Shown: one piece after another, positions 11,301 through 20,995 of the stretch | How positions within the stretch are numbered: position 1 is the first letter of the stretch | How the letters are laid out: each line of letters opens with the position of its first letter | Translations under genes and position numbers: made by a program | Assembly: GCF_963921235.1 (NCBI RefSeq) | Contig: NC_086106.1 | Location: 17,174,001 to 17,238,000, forward strand | Direction of reading: 5' to 3' | From: Mobula hypostoma | Lineage: Eukaryota | DNA length: 64,000 bases | The notes under the pieces: generated by a model | Told to the model about the DNA's origin: nothing | The model's database searches: none | What the model saw: the letters and a program-made list of their open reading frames with translations, nothing else

Positions 11301-14300
11301 CCCCACCCTACCCTACAGACCTCCGCGTCTGGTTACCCCTCCCTCCCCTACACCCCTCTCCGTCTCCGAGACCGTCTTGCATCCCTACCCGTATCTGTGA
11401 CCTCTTCTGGTCCCTACCACTCCCCCCGCCCCACGACTTTGTAATAACGGACACTGTCCCATCCGGATTTGGGACTCTCCCCCACCCCCCCTCACCTGCC
11501 GGTGTTTCCTTTGACCTGTTCCTTCTTGTTCAGGTGCTTCTCCTGGGTGGCAGAGAGGGAATTACTGAGCCTCCCTTCCCGACAGGTTCTCCCGACTGCG
11601 GGCGGGCCACAGGGCAGCGGACAATTCCCGGGCCTTGTCCGCGTCCGGCCTTCCCCTTCCTCCTGCGCTCCCCCCCCCTCGCCTCTGCATGCTCCTCCCC
11701 AGGGCTTTCCGGGATCGGATGGGATGTGGGGAGTGGTCTGTTTGGGAATGAACCCCAGGTACGGGATCAGATTGTATCGCGCAGTGTGGAATTGGGAATG
11801 GACCTCGGGAATTTGGGAAGGTGTCACAACTGTGGGTGGGATCAGGGCGTGGGAAGTGGTTGGGATTGGGGAGAAATTGGGATTGGCAATCAGATGGAGA
11901 AGGGGGTAACAGATTGAACTGGATTTGGGAATGGGAATTAGGAGAGGTGAGAGTGGAAACGAGGGAGAAGGGGCGGTATTGGAAAGCGGTGTGATTGATA
12001 TAGATTGGGAATCGATATGGGATTGGGGGTACAAATGGGAATCAGATTGGGTTTGCGCAAGGGAAAGTGACAGGGAAAGGAACAAGATCCAGGAATGATA
12101 ACGGGATTTCCATTCGGGAGTGGAATTCGTGAAAGGGTTTGGACTGCGGGAAGTGCAAAGGGGGTTTGGAATTGGGGATGGGACGGGTGGAGGGATGGGA
12201 TTGGAAAGGAAAATTGGGATTGAGTGTGAAAGCGTCAGTGGGAAGGGCGGTTAAGATTTGCAAGCAGGTGGGATCGGGAAGAGGGGACTAGGGAAGGGCC
12301 GGGGATAGTAGGTGGGAATTCCAGGGGAAGGGTCATTGAGAAAGGGTTGAGAACGGGAAGGGGCGCAGGGAAAGGTGAAGGAATTGGGATGGAGAGGGAA
12401 AACGGGAGACACCTGGAAACCTACCGCGCCTCCACACAAACATTCTCGCACACCCCCCTCTCTCGTGCAGCGAATCTGGACGCTCTGAGGGAACCTCGGG
12501 GAAGGAGCCGCAAGGAGGGAGGTTGTTGGGCTGAGCAGCAGAGGCGGAAGAGGCCGGGAGGTGGGGTGGGGGTGTGGAGAAGTGCAGACCCCGACTGCTG
12601 GAAGGGGGGTCTCCCACCCTCCTCCACCAGCACCCCCCGACACTCGCTCACGTACAGTACCTGGGATCTTGCTATGCATCACCACGGGGCAATGTCTCGG
12701 TGCATCCTAACCCTGCGGCAACACAGTACATTCAAGAGAGAGAAGAAAATGGTCAAACGGTTTGCAGTGAACAGCTGGGAGGGTGAGGGAAGGTACGGAG
12801 GGAGAGGGAAGGTGAAGGAGGGAGAGGAAAGGTAGGGAGGGTGAGGGAAGGTAAGGGAGGGAGAGGAAAGGTAAGGGAGGGAGAGGGAAGGGAGGGAGAG
12901 GAAATGTAAGGGAGGAAGATGGAAGGTAAGGGGGGTAAGGGAAGGTAGGGAGGGTGAGGGAAGGTACGGAGGGTGAGGGAAGGTGAGGGAGGGAGAGGAA
13001 AGGTAAGGGAGGGAGAGGAAAGGTAGGGAGGGAGATGGAAGGTAAGGGAGGGTAAGGGAAGGTAAGGGAGGGAGAGGGAAGGTAGGGAGGGTGAGGGAAG
13101 GTAAGGGAGGGAGAGGCAAAGGAGGTAGAGGAAAGGTAGGGAGGGAGATGGAAGGTAAGGGAGGGTGAGGGAAGGTAAGGGAGGGAGAGGGAAGGTAGGG
13201 AGGGTGAAGGAAGGTAAGGGAGGGAGATGGAAGGGAGGGAGAGGAAAGGTAGGGAGGGAGAGGGAAGGGAGGAAGAGGAAAGGTAAGGGAGGGAGATGGA
13301 AGGTAAGGGGGGTAAGGGAAGGTAGGGAGGGTGAGGGAAGGTACGGAGGGTGAGGGAAGGTGAGGGAGGGAGAGGAAAGGTGAGGGAGGGAGAGGAAAGG
13401 TAAGGGAGGGAAGGGGAAGGGAGGGAGAGGAAAGGTAGGGAGGGAGATGGAAGGTAAGGGGGGTAAGGAAAGATAAGGGAGGGTGATGGAAGGTAAGGGA
13501 GGGAGAGGGAAGGTAGGGAGGGTGAGGGAAGGTAAGGGAGAGAGAGGGAAGGTAGGGAGAGTGAGGGAAGGTAAGGGAGGGAGAGGCAAAGGAGGGAGAG
13601 GAAAGGTAGGGAGGGAGATGGAAGGTAAGGGAGGGTAAGGGAAGGTAAGGGTGGGTGAGGGAAGGTACGGAGGGTGAGGGAAGGTGAGGGAGGGAGAGGA
13701 AAGGTAAGGGAGGGAGAGGAAAGGTAGGGAGGGAGATGGAAGGTAAGGGAGGGTAAGGGAAGGTAAGGGAGGGAGAGGGAAGGTAGGGAGGGTGAGGGAA
13801 GGTAAGGGAGGGAGAGGCAAAGGAGGGAGAGGAAAGGTAGGGAGGGAGATGGAAGGTAAGGGAGGGTGAGGGAAGGTAAGGGAGGGAGAGGGAAGGTAGG
13901 GAGGGTGAAGGAAGGTAAGGGAGGGAGATGGAAGGGAGGGAGAGGAAAGGTAGGGAGGGAGAGGGAAGGGAGGAAGAGGAAAGGTAAGGGAGGGAGATGG
14001 AAGGTAAGGGGGGTAAGGGAAGGTAGGGAGGGTGAGGGAAGGTACGGAGGGTGAGGGAAGGTGAGGGAGGGAGAGGAAAGGTGAGGGAGGGAGAGGAAAG
14101 GTAAGGGAGGGAAGGGGAAGGGAGGGAGAGGAAAGGTAGGGAGGGAGATGGAAGGTAAGGGGGGTAAGGAAAGATAAGGGAGGGTGATGGAAGGTAAGGG
14201 AGGGAGAGGGAAGGTAGGGAGGGTGAGGGAAGGTAAGGGAGAGAGAGGGAAGGTAGGGAGAGTGAGGGAAGGTAAGGGAGGGAGAGGCAAAGGAGGGAGA

Positions 14301-14801
14301 GGAAAGGTAGGGAGGGAGATGGAAGGTAAGGGAGGGTAAGGGAAGGTAAGGGTGGGTGAGGGAAGGTGAGGGAGAGGAACGGTAAGGGAGGGTGAGATCT
14401 GTTGCTGGAGATAGTAGGGTGGCGGGGGGGGAGGGTGTTGGGACGGGGATGGGTGCAGCTTGATAGGGCGTGTCAGATTCCGTGGGACTGTTGCTGGTGT
14501 GACAACCTCACAACACGTAACGTGACGTGTTGACATAGAAAATCCTAATGGGTCCGGACGTTGACAGAGGAATTCCCAATGGCGAGAGGAGGGATGATTG
14601 TGGGGTGGGTGGGGGTGAAGGAGTGGAGAGGGGTGGGTGGGAGTGGGGAACAACTTCCAGGAACTCTGAGAGCCAAGGAACCAGGAGCCCGAGAGGGAGG
14701 AGGTGGCGGGCTTTAAACAGTCCGCCCGTTACCTTCTTCTGGTAGGGAGCTTCCAACATCGCCTCGATGACGAGGTCAAAATCGTCCGACGATGACATCA
14801 T
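2126..14801 (-). CDS. RBM23: RBM23-like (RBM39/CAPER family) splicing factor, about 456 aa; coding exons 14801-14733, 11542-11496, 6384-6232, 6136-6059, 5646-5529, 4998-4846, 4671-4534, 4379-4314, 4040-3836, 2562-2473, 2379-2126
   Basis: All introns are GT-AG with consistent phases (1371 nt in total). N-terminus SSDDFDLVIEAMLEAPYQKK matches RBM23 (MASDDFDIVIEAMLEAPYKK). RS region, RRM1 (KGIAYVEF), RRM2 (LYVGSL, KGYGFVTF, ECARRAL). No third RRM/UHM. RBM23 versus RBM39 orthology needs a tree. Confidence 0.88.
2473..2562 (-). CDS. RBM23: RBM23-like exon (SGLEIPPATQAALQLQNIYPFG...)
   Basis: Similar to RBM39 TGLQIPPAAQQALQ; strong polypyrimidine acceptor, donor CAG/gtgagg. Confidence 0.88.
2625..3780. 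repeat. About 68-bp intronic minisatellite (CTGGATCAGATCCCAGCCTGTAACCCACTCCC...TATATAAACCCC)
   Basis: Tandem units at 67-69 bp spacing. Confidence 0.95.
3836..4040 (-). CDS. RBM23: RBM23-like RRM2 end and linker exon (FADSECARRAL...RLQLMARLAK)
   Basis: 205 nt; matches FSDSECA(K/R)(K/R)ALEQLNGFELAG...RLQLMARLAE. Confidence 0.95.
4314..4379 (-). CDS. RBM23: RBM23-like RRM2 RNP1 exon (IDSLHLIKDPQTGISKGYGFVT)
   Basis: 66 nt; acceptor ctacag, donor ACG/gtgagt. Confidence 0.93.
4534..4671 (-). CDS. RBM23: RBM23-like linker/RRM2 exon (AEKNR...RLYVGSLHANITQDMLRAIFTPFGK)
   Basis: RNP2 motif; 138 nt; canonical splice sites. Confidence 0.95.
4846..4998 (-). CDS. RBM23: RBM23-like RRM1 C-terminal exon (VRDVKIISDRSSRRSKGIAYVEF...LLGVPIIIQASQ)
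   Basis: Strong RBM39/RBM23 similarity; 153 nt; within ORF 4714..5034. Confidence 0.95.
5030..5515. repeat. About 52-bp intronic minisatellite (CACACACTCCCGGGGTCAGACACAGAGTGAAACTCCCTCCACACCGTCCCAT)
   Basis: About 9 tandem units. Confidence 0.93.
5529..5646 (-). CDS. RBM23: RBM23-like RRM1 N-terminal exon (EERDACTILCLQLSGQIRPGDLERFFSSVGK)
   Basis: Similar to EERDARTVFCMQLAARIRPRDLEDFFSAVGK; 118 nt with canonical splice sites. Confidence 0.92.
6059..6136 (-). CDS. RBM23: RBM23-like RS exon (HSRSPRFSRSRSPRYRSRS)
   Basis: Acceptor cctcttgcag, donor CAG/gtgaaa; 78 nt, frame preserving. Confidence 0.82.
6232..6384 (-). CDS. RBM23: RBM23-like Arg/Ser-rich exon
   Basis: Acceptor ccccacacag, donor CAG/gtggga; 153 nt; RSRRRRKRSGSRRR. 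Confidence 0.82.
6950..11000. repeat. About 4-kb C-rich minisatellite of mixed 36-bp and 23-bp units (CCGTGATCTCTCCCTCCCCTACACCCCTCCCCGTCT / CCGTGATCTCTCCCTCCCCGTCT), degenerate to about 11400
   Basis: Direct inspection. Confidence 0.97.
11496..11542 (-). CDS. RBM23: RBM23-like coding exon 2 (EKHLNKKEQVKGNTG)
   Basis: Acceptor ctctctgccacccag, donor CAG/gtgagg; 47 nt, phase 0 to 2 fits both neighbours. Confidence 0.75.
12652..12712 (-). other. Candidate poison (PTC) cassette exon of the RBM23-like gene, 52 or 61 nt
   Basis: Strong acceptor ttttcttctctctcttgaatgtactgtgttgccgcag/GGTTAG with in-frame TAG at 12709-12707; donors CAG/gtactg (12661) or TAC/gtgagc (12652). Confidence 0.7.
12777..14395. 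repeat. Polypurine (plus) / polypyrimidine (gene-sense) low-complexity tandem array with a 701-bp internal duplication
   Basis: GGGAAGGTAAGGGAGGGAGAGG-type units; identical ORFs at 13165 and 13866. Confidence 0.95.
14733..14801 (-). CDS. RBM23: RBM23-like first coding exon (MMSSSDDFDLVIEAMLEAPYQKK); the exon starts at 14827 with 5' UTR
   Basis: Acceptor tttcccag/G at 14827, donor AAG/gtaacg; conserved IEAMLEAPY motif. Confidence 0.93.
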
Positions 14802-14924
14802 CCACTGGTCCGGAAGGGACGTCTGGCCTGGGAAACGTAACAGAGACCTGCGCCAACGAGGTCGGTAAATACCCGCTCAACACATCACCGGTATACAGTA
14901 TCAGAGTACCAGCACGCCCTGATT

Positions 14925-15680
14925 CCCTGTAACCCACTCCCGGGGATCTGTGATTCTATATATAAACCCCCCGGAACCCCTGGATCAGAAGCCAGCCGGT
15001 ACCCCACTCCCGGGGATCTATTATTCTTTATATAAACTTCTGGATCAGATCCCAGCCTGTAACCCACTCCCAGGGATCTGTTATTCTATATATAAACTCC
15101 TGGATCAGATCCCAGCCTGTAACCCACTCCCGGGGATCTGTTATTCTATATATAATCCCCGAACCCCTGGATCAGATCCCAGCCTGTAACCCACTCCCAG
15201 AGATCCGTTATTCTATATACAAACCTCTGAACCCGTGGATCAGATCCCAGCCTGTAACCCACTCCCAGGGATCTGTTATTCTATATATAATCCCCGAACC
15301 CCTGGATCAGATCCCAGCCTGTAACCCACTCCCAGAGATCCGTTATTCTATATACAAACCTCTGAACCCCTGGATCAGATCCCAGCCTGTAACCCACTCC
15401 CAGAGATCCGTTATTCTATATACAAACCTCTGAACCCGTGGATCAGATCCCAGCCTGTAACCCACTCCCAGAGATCTGTTATTCTATATATAAACCCCCG
15501 AACCCCTGGATCAGATCCCAGCCTGTAACTCAGAATTTCGGTGGGGTTTGTATATGGAACAACAGAGACGCGGGACTGGGTTACAAGATGGATCTAGACT
15601 AGGGTTCGCAGGGTTATGTACAGAATAACCGTGTCCCCGGGAATGGGTTACAGGCCGGGATTTGATCCGGGGGATCGGAG
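14925..15680. repeat. Second array of the 68-bp minisatellite family (about 14925-15530) followed by about 2 degenerate inverted units
   Basis: Same unit as 2625-3780; GGGTTACAGGCCGGGATTTGATCCGGGG is the reverse complement. Confidence 0.85.
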
Positions 15681-15928
15681 TGAGTTAACGCGTGAAATGA
15701 TACCTTGAGAGAAAAATCATCGGCCTCCGGAGATCAGTTATTCAATATATAATCCCACAAACTCGCAATCTCTCTCCCTCTCTTCCTCACCTTTCTATCT
15801 CTAAATCCCTTCTGCTCTCTCTTTCTTTCCAACTTCTACACCTGTTCATTTCTCCTTCACTCCCTCGCTTCCTGCCCTTTCTCCATCTCCCCCTCCTCAT
15901 CCCCCTCCCTTGAGCCCCAGGCTCTTAC

Positions 15929-16127
15929 CTTGCTCTCCCACCCTCTGCTCCCGAACCCCCTGCTCTCCTTTGCGGAAGGGGTCCCGCGTGTGGACTCTCG
16001 GGGGCTACGCCCGGTGCAGAATCTTCCTGGGTGGTTCCGGGACCGGCAGCTGGGAGCTGGGAGCCCACGAAAGCTGGCTGAGCGGAGGGACCCCCGTCCT
16101 GACCACACTGGATTTGATCCACGGCTG
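15929..16127 (-). other. Putative 5' UTR exon of the RBM23-like gene
   Basis: Pyrimidine-rich NAGNAG acceptor (tcagcag), consensus donor AAG/gtaaga. Confidence 0.5.
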
Positions 16128-16399
16128 CTGACGACTCCGGGGGTAGGCGGGCAGGGAGGGAGAGGCGGGGAGACGGCTGAAGGCTACAATATTCCGAGAG
16201 TCCGGAACGCCGGGGGATGTTGTTTACACCGGGAGGAAGTTCCGATCGACTCAAGGTCGTTGAATTAACACGCTGGAGATTAAGCCTCAGCATAAGGTTA
16301 CACCGTCTAGCCACACGGGAGAGGGGGTGGGGTGGGGAGAGTCGTATTATCACTGGGATCATCCCTCGATTCACTCCCCACACCCCGACCCCGCCATCA

Positions 16400-16770
16400 C
16401 CTGGACCCTCACCGAAGGAGCATCGGCTTCTCGCCAAACACGCGAACAAACTTCCACAGATGTCTCGTTGGGAATATGCGGACTGGTCTGGTACGGCAGC
16501 TCGAACGCGCAGGAACGTGAGAAGCCGAAATCAGGCGCGGACCCAACGCAATAGATCACCCGCACATCCCTCCCCACCACCGGGAGTATCTACAGGAGGC
16601 GCCGCCTCAAGCAGGCAACACCCACCGTCAAAGATTCCCCCTCCCCCGCCCCCGCCCAATCCGCGCCACGCCACCTTCTCACAGCTCCCATCGCGCAGCA
16701 GGTACAGGACCCACCAGGAACCATTCGGCTCCTGAGCCAATTTACGCAACTCCGATCACTGCCTCGGCCC
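16400..16770 (-). promoter_or_regulatory. CpG-rich putative promoter / first exon of the RBM23-like gene
   Basis: CpG density; tandem GC boxes plus CCAAT (CCCGCCCCCGCCCAAT about 16645-16660); candidate donor CG/gtgagg near 16412. Confidence 0.5.
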
Positions 16771-17024
16771 AGCAACACTGTGACAACTTTACATTGGCAA
16801 CAGAATTCTTTTTGTACTCTATTCTTTATTTTTTGTAAACACTGTGCATGATTTATATTTAATTTTTAAGTTCCTGGGTGTCCACATCTCAGAGGATTTG
16901 TCCTGGGTCCAACATGTCCTAATTGCGCCGCAGACCTATACATTCCTATGCAACTCATTAACATAAATTATGTATAATAGAGTCCCCTTTGGTGCAATCA
17001 CAAAGAAGGCAATCCGGTGACGAC

Positions 17025-17630
17025 GCAAACACGAGGAAATCTGCAGATGCTGCGATTTCAAGCAACACACATAAAAATTGCTGGTGAACGCAGCAGGCCA
17101 GGCAGCATCTCTGGGAAGAGGGAACATGTTTCGAGCCGAGACCCTTCGTCAGGACTAACTGAAGGAAGAGTTAATAAGAGATTTGAAAGTTGGAGGGGGA
17201 GGGGGAGATCCAAAATGATAGGAGAAGACAGGAGGGGGAGGGATGGAGCCAAGAGCTGGACAGGTGATAGGCAAAAGGGGATACGAGAGGATCATGGGAC
17301 AGGAGGTCCAGGAAGAAAGACGGGGGGGGGGGAACCCAGAGGATGGGCAAGGGGTATAGTGAGGGGGACAGAGGGAGAAAAAGGAGAGTGAGAGAAAGAA
17401 TGTGTGTATAAAAATAAATAACGGATGGGGTACGAGGGGGAGGTGGGGCATTAGCGAAAGTTAGAGAAGTCAATGTTCATGCCATCAGGTTGGAGGCTAT
17501 CCAGACGGAATGTAAGGTGTTGTTCCTCCAGCCTGAGTGTGGCTTCATCTTTACAGTAGAGGAGGCCGTGGAGAGACATGTCAGAATGGGAATGGGACGT
17601 GGAATTAAAATGTGTGGCCACTGGGAGATC
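17025..17630 (-). mobile_element. Penelope-like element 3' end / pseudo-LTR with a degenerate hammerhead
   Basis: Minus strand AGTCCTGACGAAGGGTCTCGGCTCGAAAC; shares sequence with 27865-28005 and 34050-34180. Confidence 0.7.
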
Positions 17631-18150
17631 CTCGTCAGGAGTCTGAGGAGATTTGTTACGTCACCAAATTTCTACAGATGTATGAAGAGAGCATTCTGAC
17701 TGACTCCCACCCCCGAGGCTCCAATGCACAAGACTGAAGAAGGCTACAGACCGTCAGCTCCATCCCGGGCACAATCCTCCCCACCATGGGGGCATCTCCA
17801 AGAGGCGGCGTACCATGAAAGCAAAGAGCCCACCGTTCGGGACAGGCCACCTTCTCCCGTCGGGCAGGCGTACAGAAGCCTGAAGCCTTACACGACCAAG
17901 TACAGGAACAGCTCCTTCCCTTCAACCAATCGGTTCATGCACCAGCCGGCACAGCCCTGATCACTTCCTCAGTGCGGTAACACCTTGGAAGACAACAGTC
18001 GCTTTTGTTCTAATTGTGTTTTCTTGTAAAATTCGTGCACAACTCACGCCTTCCTTGCGAGTGCTGCTTTTCTGATACTGTGTACCCGTGATGCTGCCGC
18101 GCGTTTTCCGTTGCGCCTGCCCACGCGTGCAGTCGTGCACACTTGGCTTC
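17630..18150 (+). mobile_element. Decayed Rex1/Babar-like LINE 3' fragment
   Basis: Similar to other Rex1-type 3' ends in the window (TACAGAAGCCTGAAG...AGGAACAGC). Confidence 0.55.
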
Positions 18151-18873
18151 GACATGGAGAGGCAGCGGTAGGGCAGACCCCCGGTATCTGTGTCGCCAGA
18201 GGTCGAAATGTGTAACACCAGAGGGCATGTATTTAGGGTGAGAAGGGGGTAAATTCAAAGAGAATAACGGGGCAACTGTTCTCCCATAATGTTGTGCCGA
18301 TCTTGATGCCTCATTACTATATATCCTACATTTTATTGTGTTTTTCAAATTATTCTTTGTCCTTTAGCCTGTGTTTTTGTGCCGCACTGGATCACCAGTA
18401 ACAAGTTTTCATTCTCCTTTACACTGAGAATGGCATTAAACCATTTTGGTAAACGCTCCAATCCCTCAGTATTCATCAGCCTCTCCGAAACCCTTAAACT
18501 CCATCAAAAGTGCCATCCCAGGCACCTATCACTGTCCGCGTCGTTAAACTTTCCCGATCTCACATCGCTACCCTGGGGGAAAAGATTCTGACTCTCTGCC
18601 TCCCTTAATTGCAAAAAGAACACTTCGATCAGGTCTCCCCTCCGCCTCCGCCGCTGCAGAGTGAACCACGAAGCGTGTCCAGACTCTCGTCAGGGCTCAG
18701 ACCCTCGAATCCAGGCAGCGTTCGGGTGAACCGCTTATCCTTCCCGTAATGGGGAGCCCACAACTGCAAGTGCTGTCTGACTAAAGTCTTCTATAAGCGC
18801 AGCAGGACTTCCTTATCCTGGAAACCGGTCCCCTGTCAATGGCATACGTCTCTTTTATCACCTTCGAAAGCTC

Positions 18874-19300
18874 TTGACGGGGATGTTGCCTGGATTGGGG
18901 AGCATGCCTTATGAGAATAGGTTGAGTGAACTCGGCCTTTTCTCCTTGGAGCAACGGAGGATGAGGGGAGACCTGATAGAGGTGTATAAGATGATGAGAG
19001 ACATTGATCGTATGGATAGTCAGAGGCTTTTCCCCAGGGCTGAAATGGCTAACACGAGGGGGCATAGTTTTAAGGTGCTTGGAAGCAGGTACACGAGGGA
19101 TGTCAGGGGTGAGTTCCTCCCACTGAGAGTGGTGGGTGCGTGCAATGCACTGCCAGCGACGTTTGTAGACGTGGATACAATGGGGTCTTTTAAGAGACTC
19201 TGAGAAAGATACACGAGCTTCGAAAGAAAGAGGACTATGCAGGAGGGAATTCCAGGCAGTTTCTGGAGTAGTTCCATGGTCGGCACAACGTTGATTAACC
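18874..19300 (+). mobile_element. CR1 LINE 3' fragment
   Basis: MLPGL..YENRLSELGLFSLEQRRMRGDLIEVYK; near-identical to 52770-53180. Confidence 0.88.
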
Positions 19301-19380
19301 ACTCACGAGGTCACTCCCAGTGACTGCAGACTTACAACAGTGAATGGGAGGGGCCTGTTAACTGAATGGGAGGGGCCTGT

Positions 19381-20183
19381 TGTGATGGGGTCCTGAATTA
19401 CCCCTATTAACTGTGCTTTTAAAAGAGAGAGAGAGAGGTGTCCAACACAGACACCTTGTTATTAAGAGAGAGGGAGGCGAAGACTGCTTTGAGATGCTGT
19501 TATGGTTTCTCTGCAGCACTTTTACACTTCTGCAGGGACACTGCCAGCTTCTGAGTTCCTGCAGAGAGAGAAGGGAGGAGCTACTTGATGGACAGCTGGT
19601 GTTCAGCACGGTGAGATAAATAGGTCAGCTGGTAGACTGACAGACACATGGTTTTGGACACTGGATGAGCTTTGTTGTGCCCACAGAAAGGTGGGTTTTG
19701 GAGGATCGATCAGTGGCTCTCGCAGTGTGAAAAGGGTGTGACTGGTGGGGAGTTATTCGTGTGTCTAACTCTCGCCTGGGTCGATAATTCTACCACAGAA
19801 GAACGGCACCCTTTGTTGTGGTCACAGTCGGTGACTTCTAAAGGATTTCGGAGGACAACGAGAAGATCCACGGCATCAGCTCACCTGAAGAACCAAACAC
19901 CTCTCTCTCTCCATCACTGCTCAACTCAATACCAGGAACTGAACTGAACTTTACTCATCACCGTAAGACGGTATCCACTTACCCCTAGGCTTCAAGAAAC
20001 TTGGTTTCTATATCTGCACACTTTTATACATATATATCATCATTGCTAACCTGTTTGATATATCTGAAATTACATTACTGTATTGCATAGTTACTAATAA
20101 ATACCATTAGTTAGCAGCAATACCGGACTCCAAAGTGTTTTACATTTCTGCTGGTTCTTTAACCCGTCACGGGGTACGTGACA
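19381..20183 (+). mobile_element. Probable solo LTR
   Basis: TG...CA termini, CTGT/CTGA near-TSD, internal AATAAA; interrupts a 24-bp tandem repeat. Confidence 0.55.
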
Positions 20184-20403
20184 CTGATAACAGTGAACGG
20201 GAGGGGCCTGATGACAGTGAATGGGAGGGGCCTGATAACAGTGAATGGGAGGGGCCTGATAACAGCGAATGGGAGGGGCCTGATAACAGTGAATGGGAGG
20301 GGCCTGATGACAGTGAATGGGAGGGGCCTGATAACAGTGAACGGGAGGGGTCTGATAACAGTGAACGGGAGGGGCCTGATGACAGTGAACGGGAGGGGCC
20401 TGG
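20184..20403. repeat. 24-bp tandem repeat (CTGATAACAGTGAATGGGAGGGGC), about 9 copies; two more at about 19335-19380
   Basis: 8-aa periodic ORFs. Confidence 0.93.
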
Positions 20404-20769
20404 TGAGAGTTTGTGGAACGTAAGTACCGAGGAGGACAAGCGCAGAGTTTGCGGAGGGCAGCCTCACAGGAAGACGGGCGCTGGCACGCTGGCCTTCACC
20501 CGTCAGGGCATTGGGTACAGGCGTTGGGTCGTCACATTACCGCTGTATAAGACCCTGGTGACACCTCACCTAGAGTACTGTGTCCAGTTTTGGTCACGCA
20601 GTTATTAAACTGGAGATAGTGCATAAAAGATTTAGGATGTTGTCGGGACTGAGCTACAGACGGAGGTCGGGACTTTATTCCTTGGAGCGTAGGACACTGA
20701 GATGACCTTATAGAGGGAGATTATCAGTGGCATAGTCACGGTTCCTTCTCCCGGGACTGGAAAATCAGT

Positions 20770-20995
20770 GCGGGCGAAACGGTAGTGTAGTGGTTACATC
20801 ACCAGAGACTCGGGTTCAATTCCCGCCGCTGCCTGTACGTTGTCCCCGTGACCGCCTGGGTTTCCTCCGGGTGCTCCGGTTTCTTCCAAAGACATACCGG
20901 TTGATAAGTTAATTACCAGGCTAGGGTTAAATCGGGAGTTGCCGGGCCGCGCGAAGGGCTGAAAGCGCCTATTCCGCGCTGTATCTCTCTAAATG
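20770..20995 (+). mobile_element. tRNA-derived V-SINE
   Basis: A/B-box head (GGTAGTGTAGTGG, GGGTTCAATTCC) plus V-domain GGGTTTCCTCCGGGTGCTCCGGTTTC. Confidence 0.8.

Noticed and set aside
12707-14653. 648-aa and 355-aa Pro/Leu-rich ORFs
   Set aside because: Translation of the intronic polypyrimidine repeat.
20135-20608. 157-aa ORF with EGPDNSEW repeats
   Set aside because: 24-bp tandem repeat joined to a CR1 fragment.
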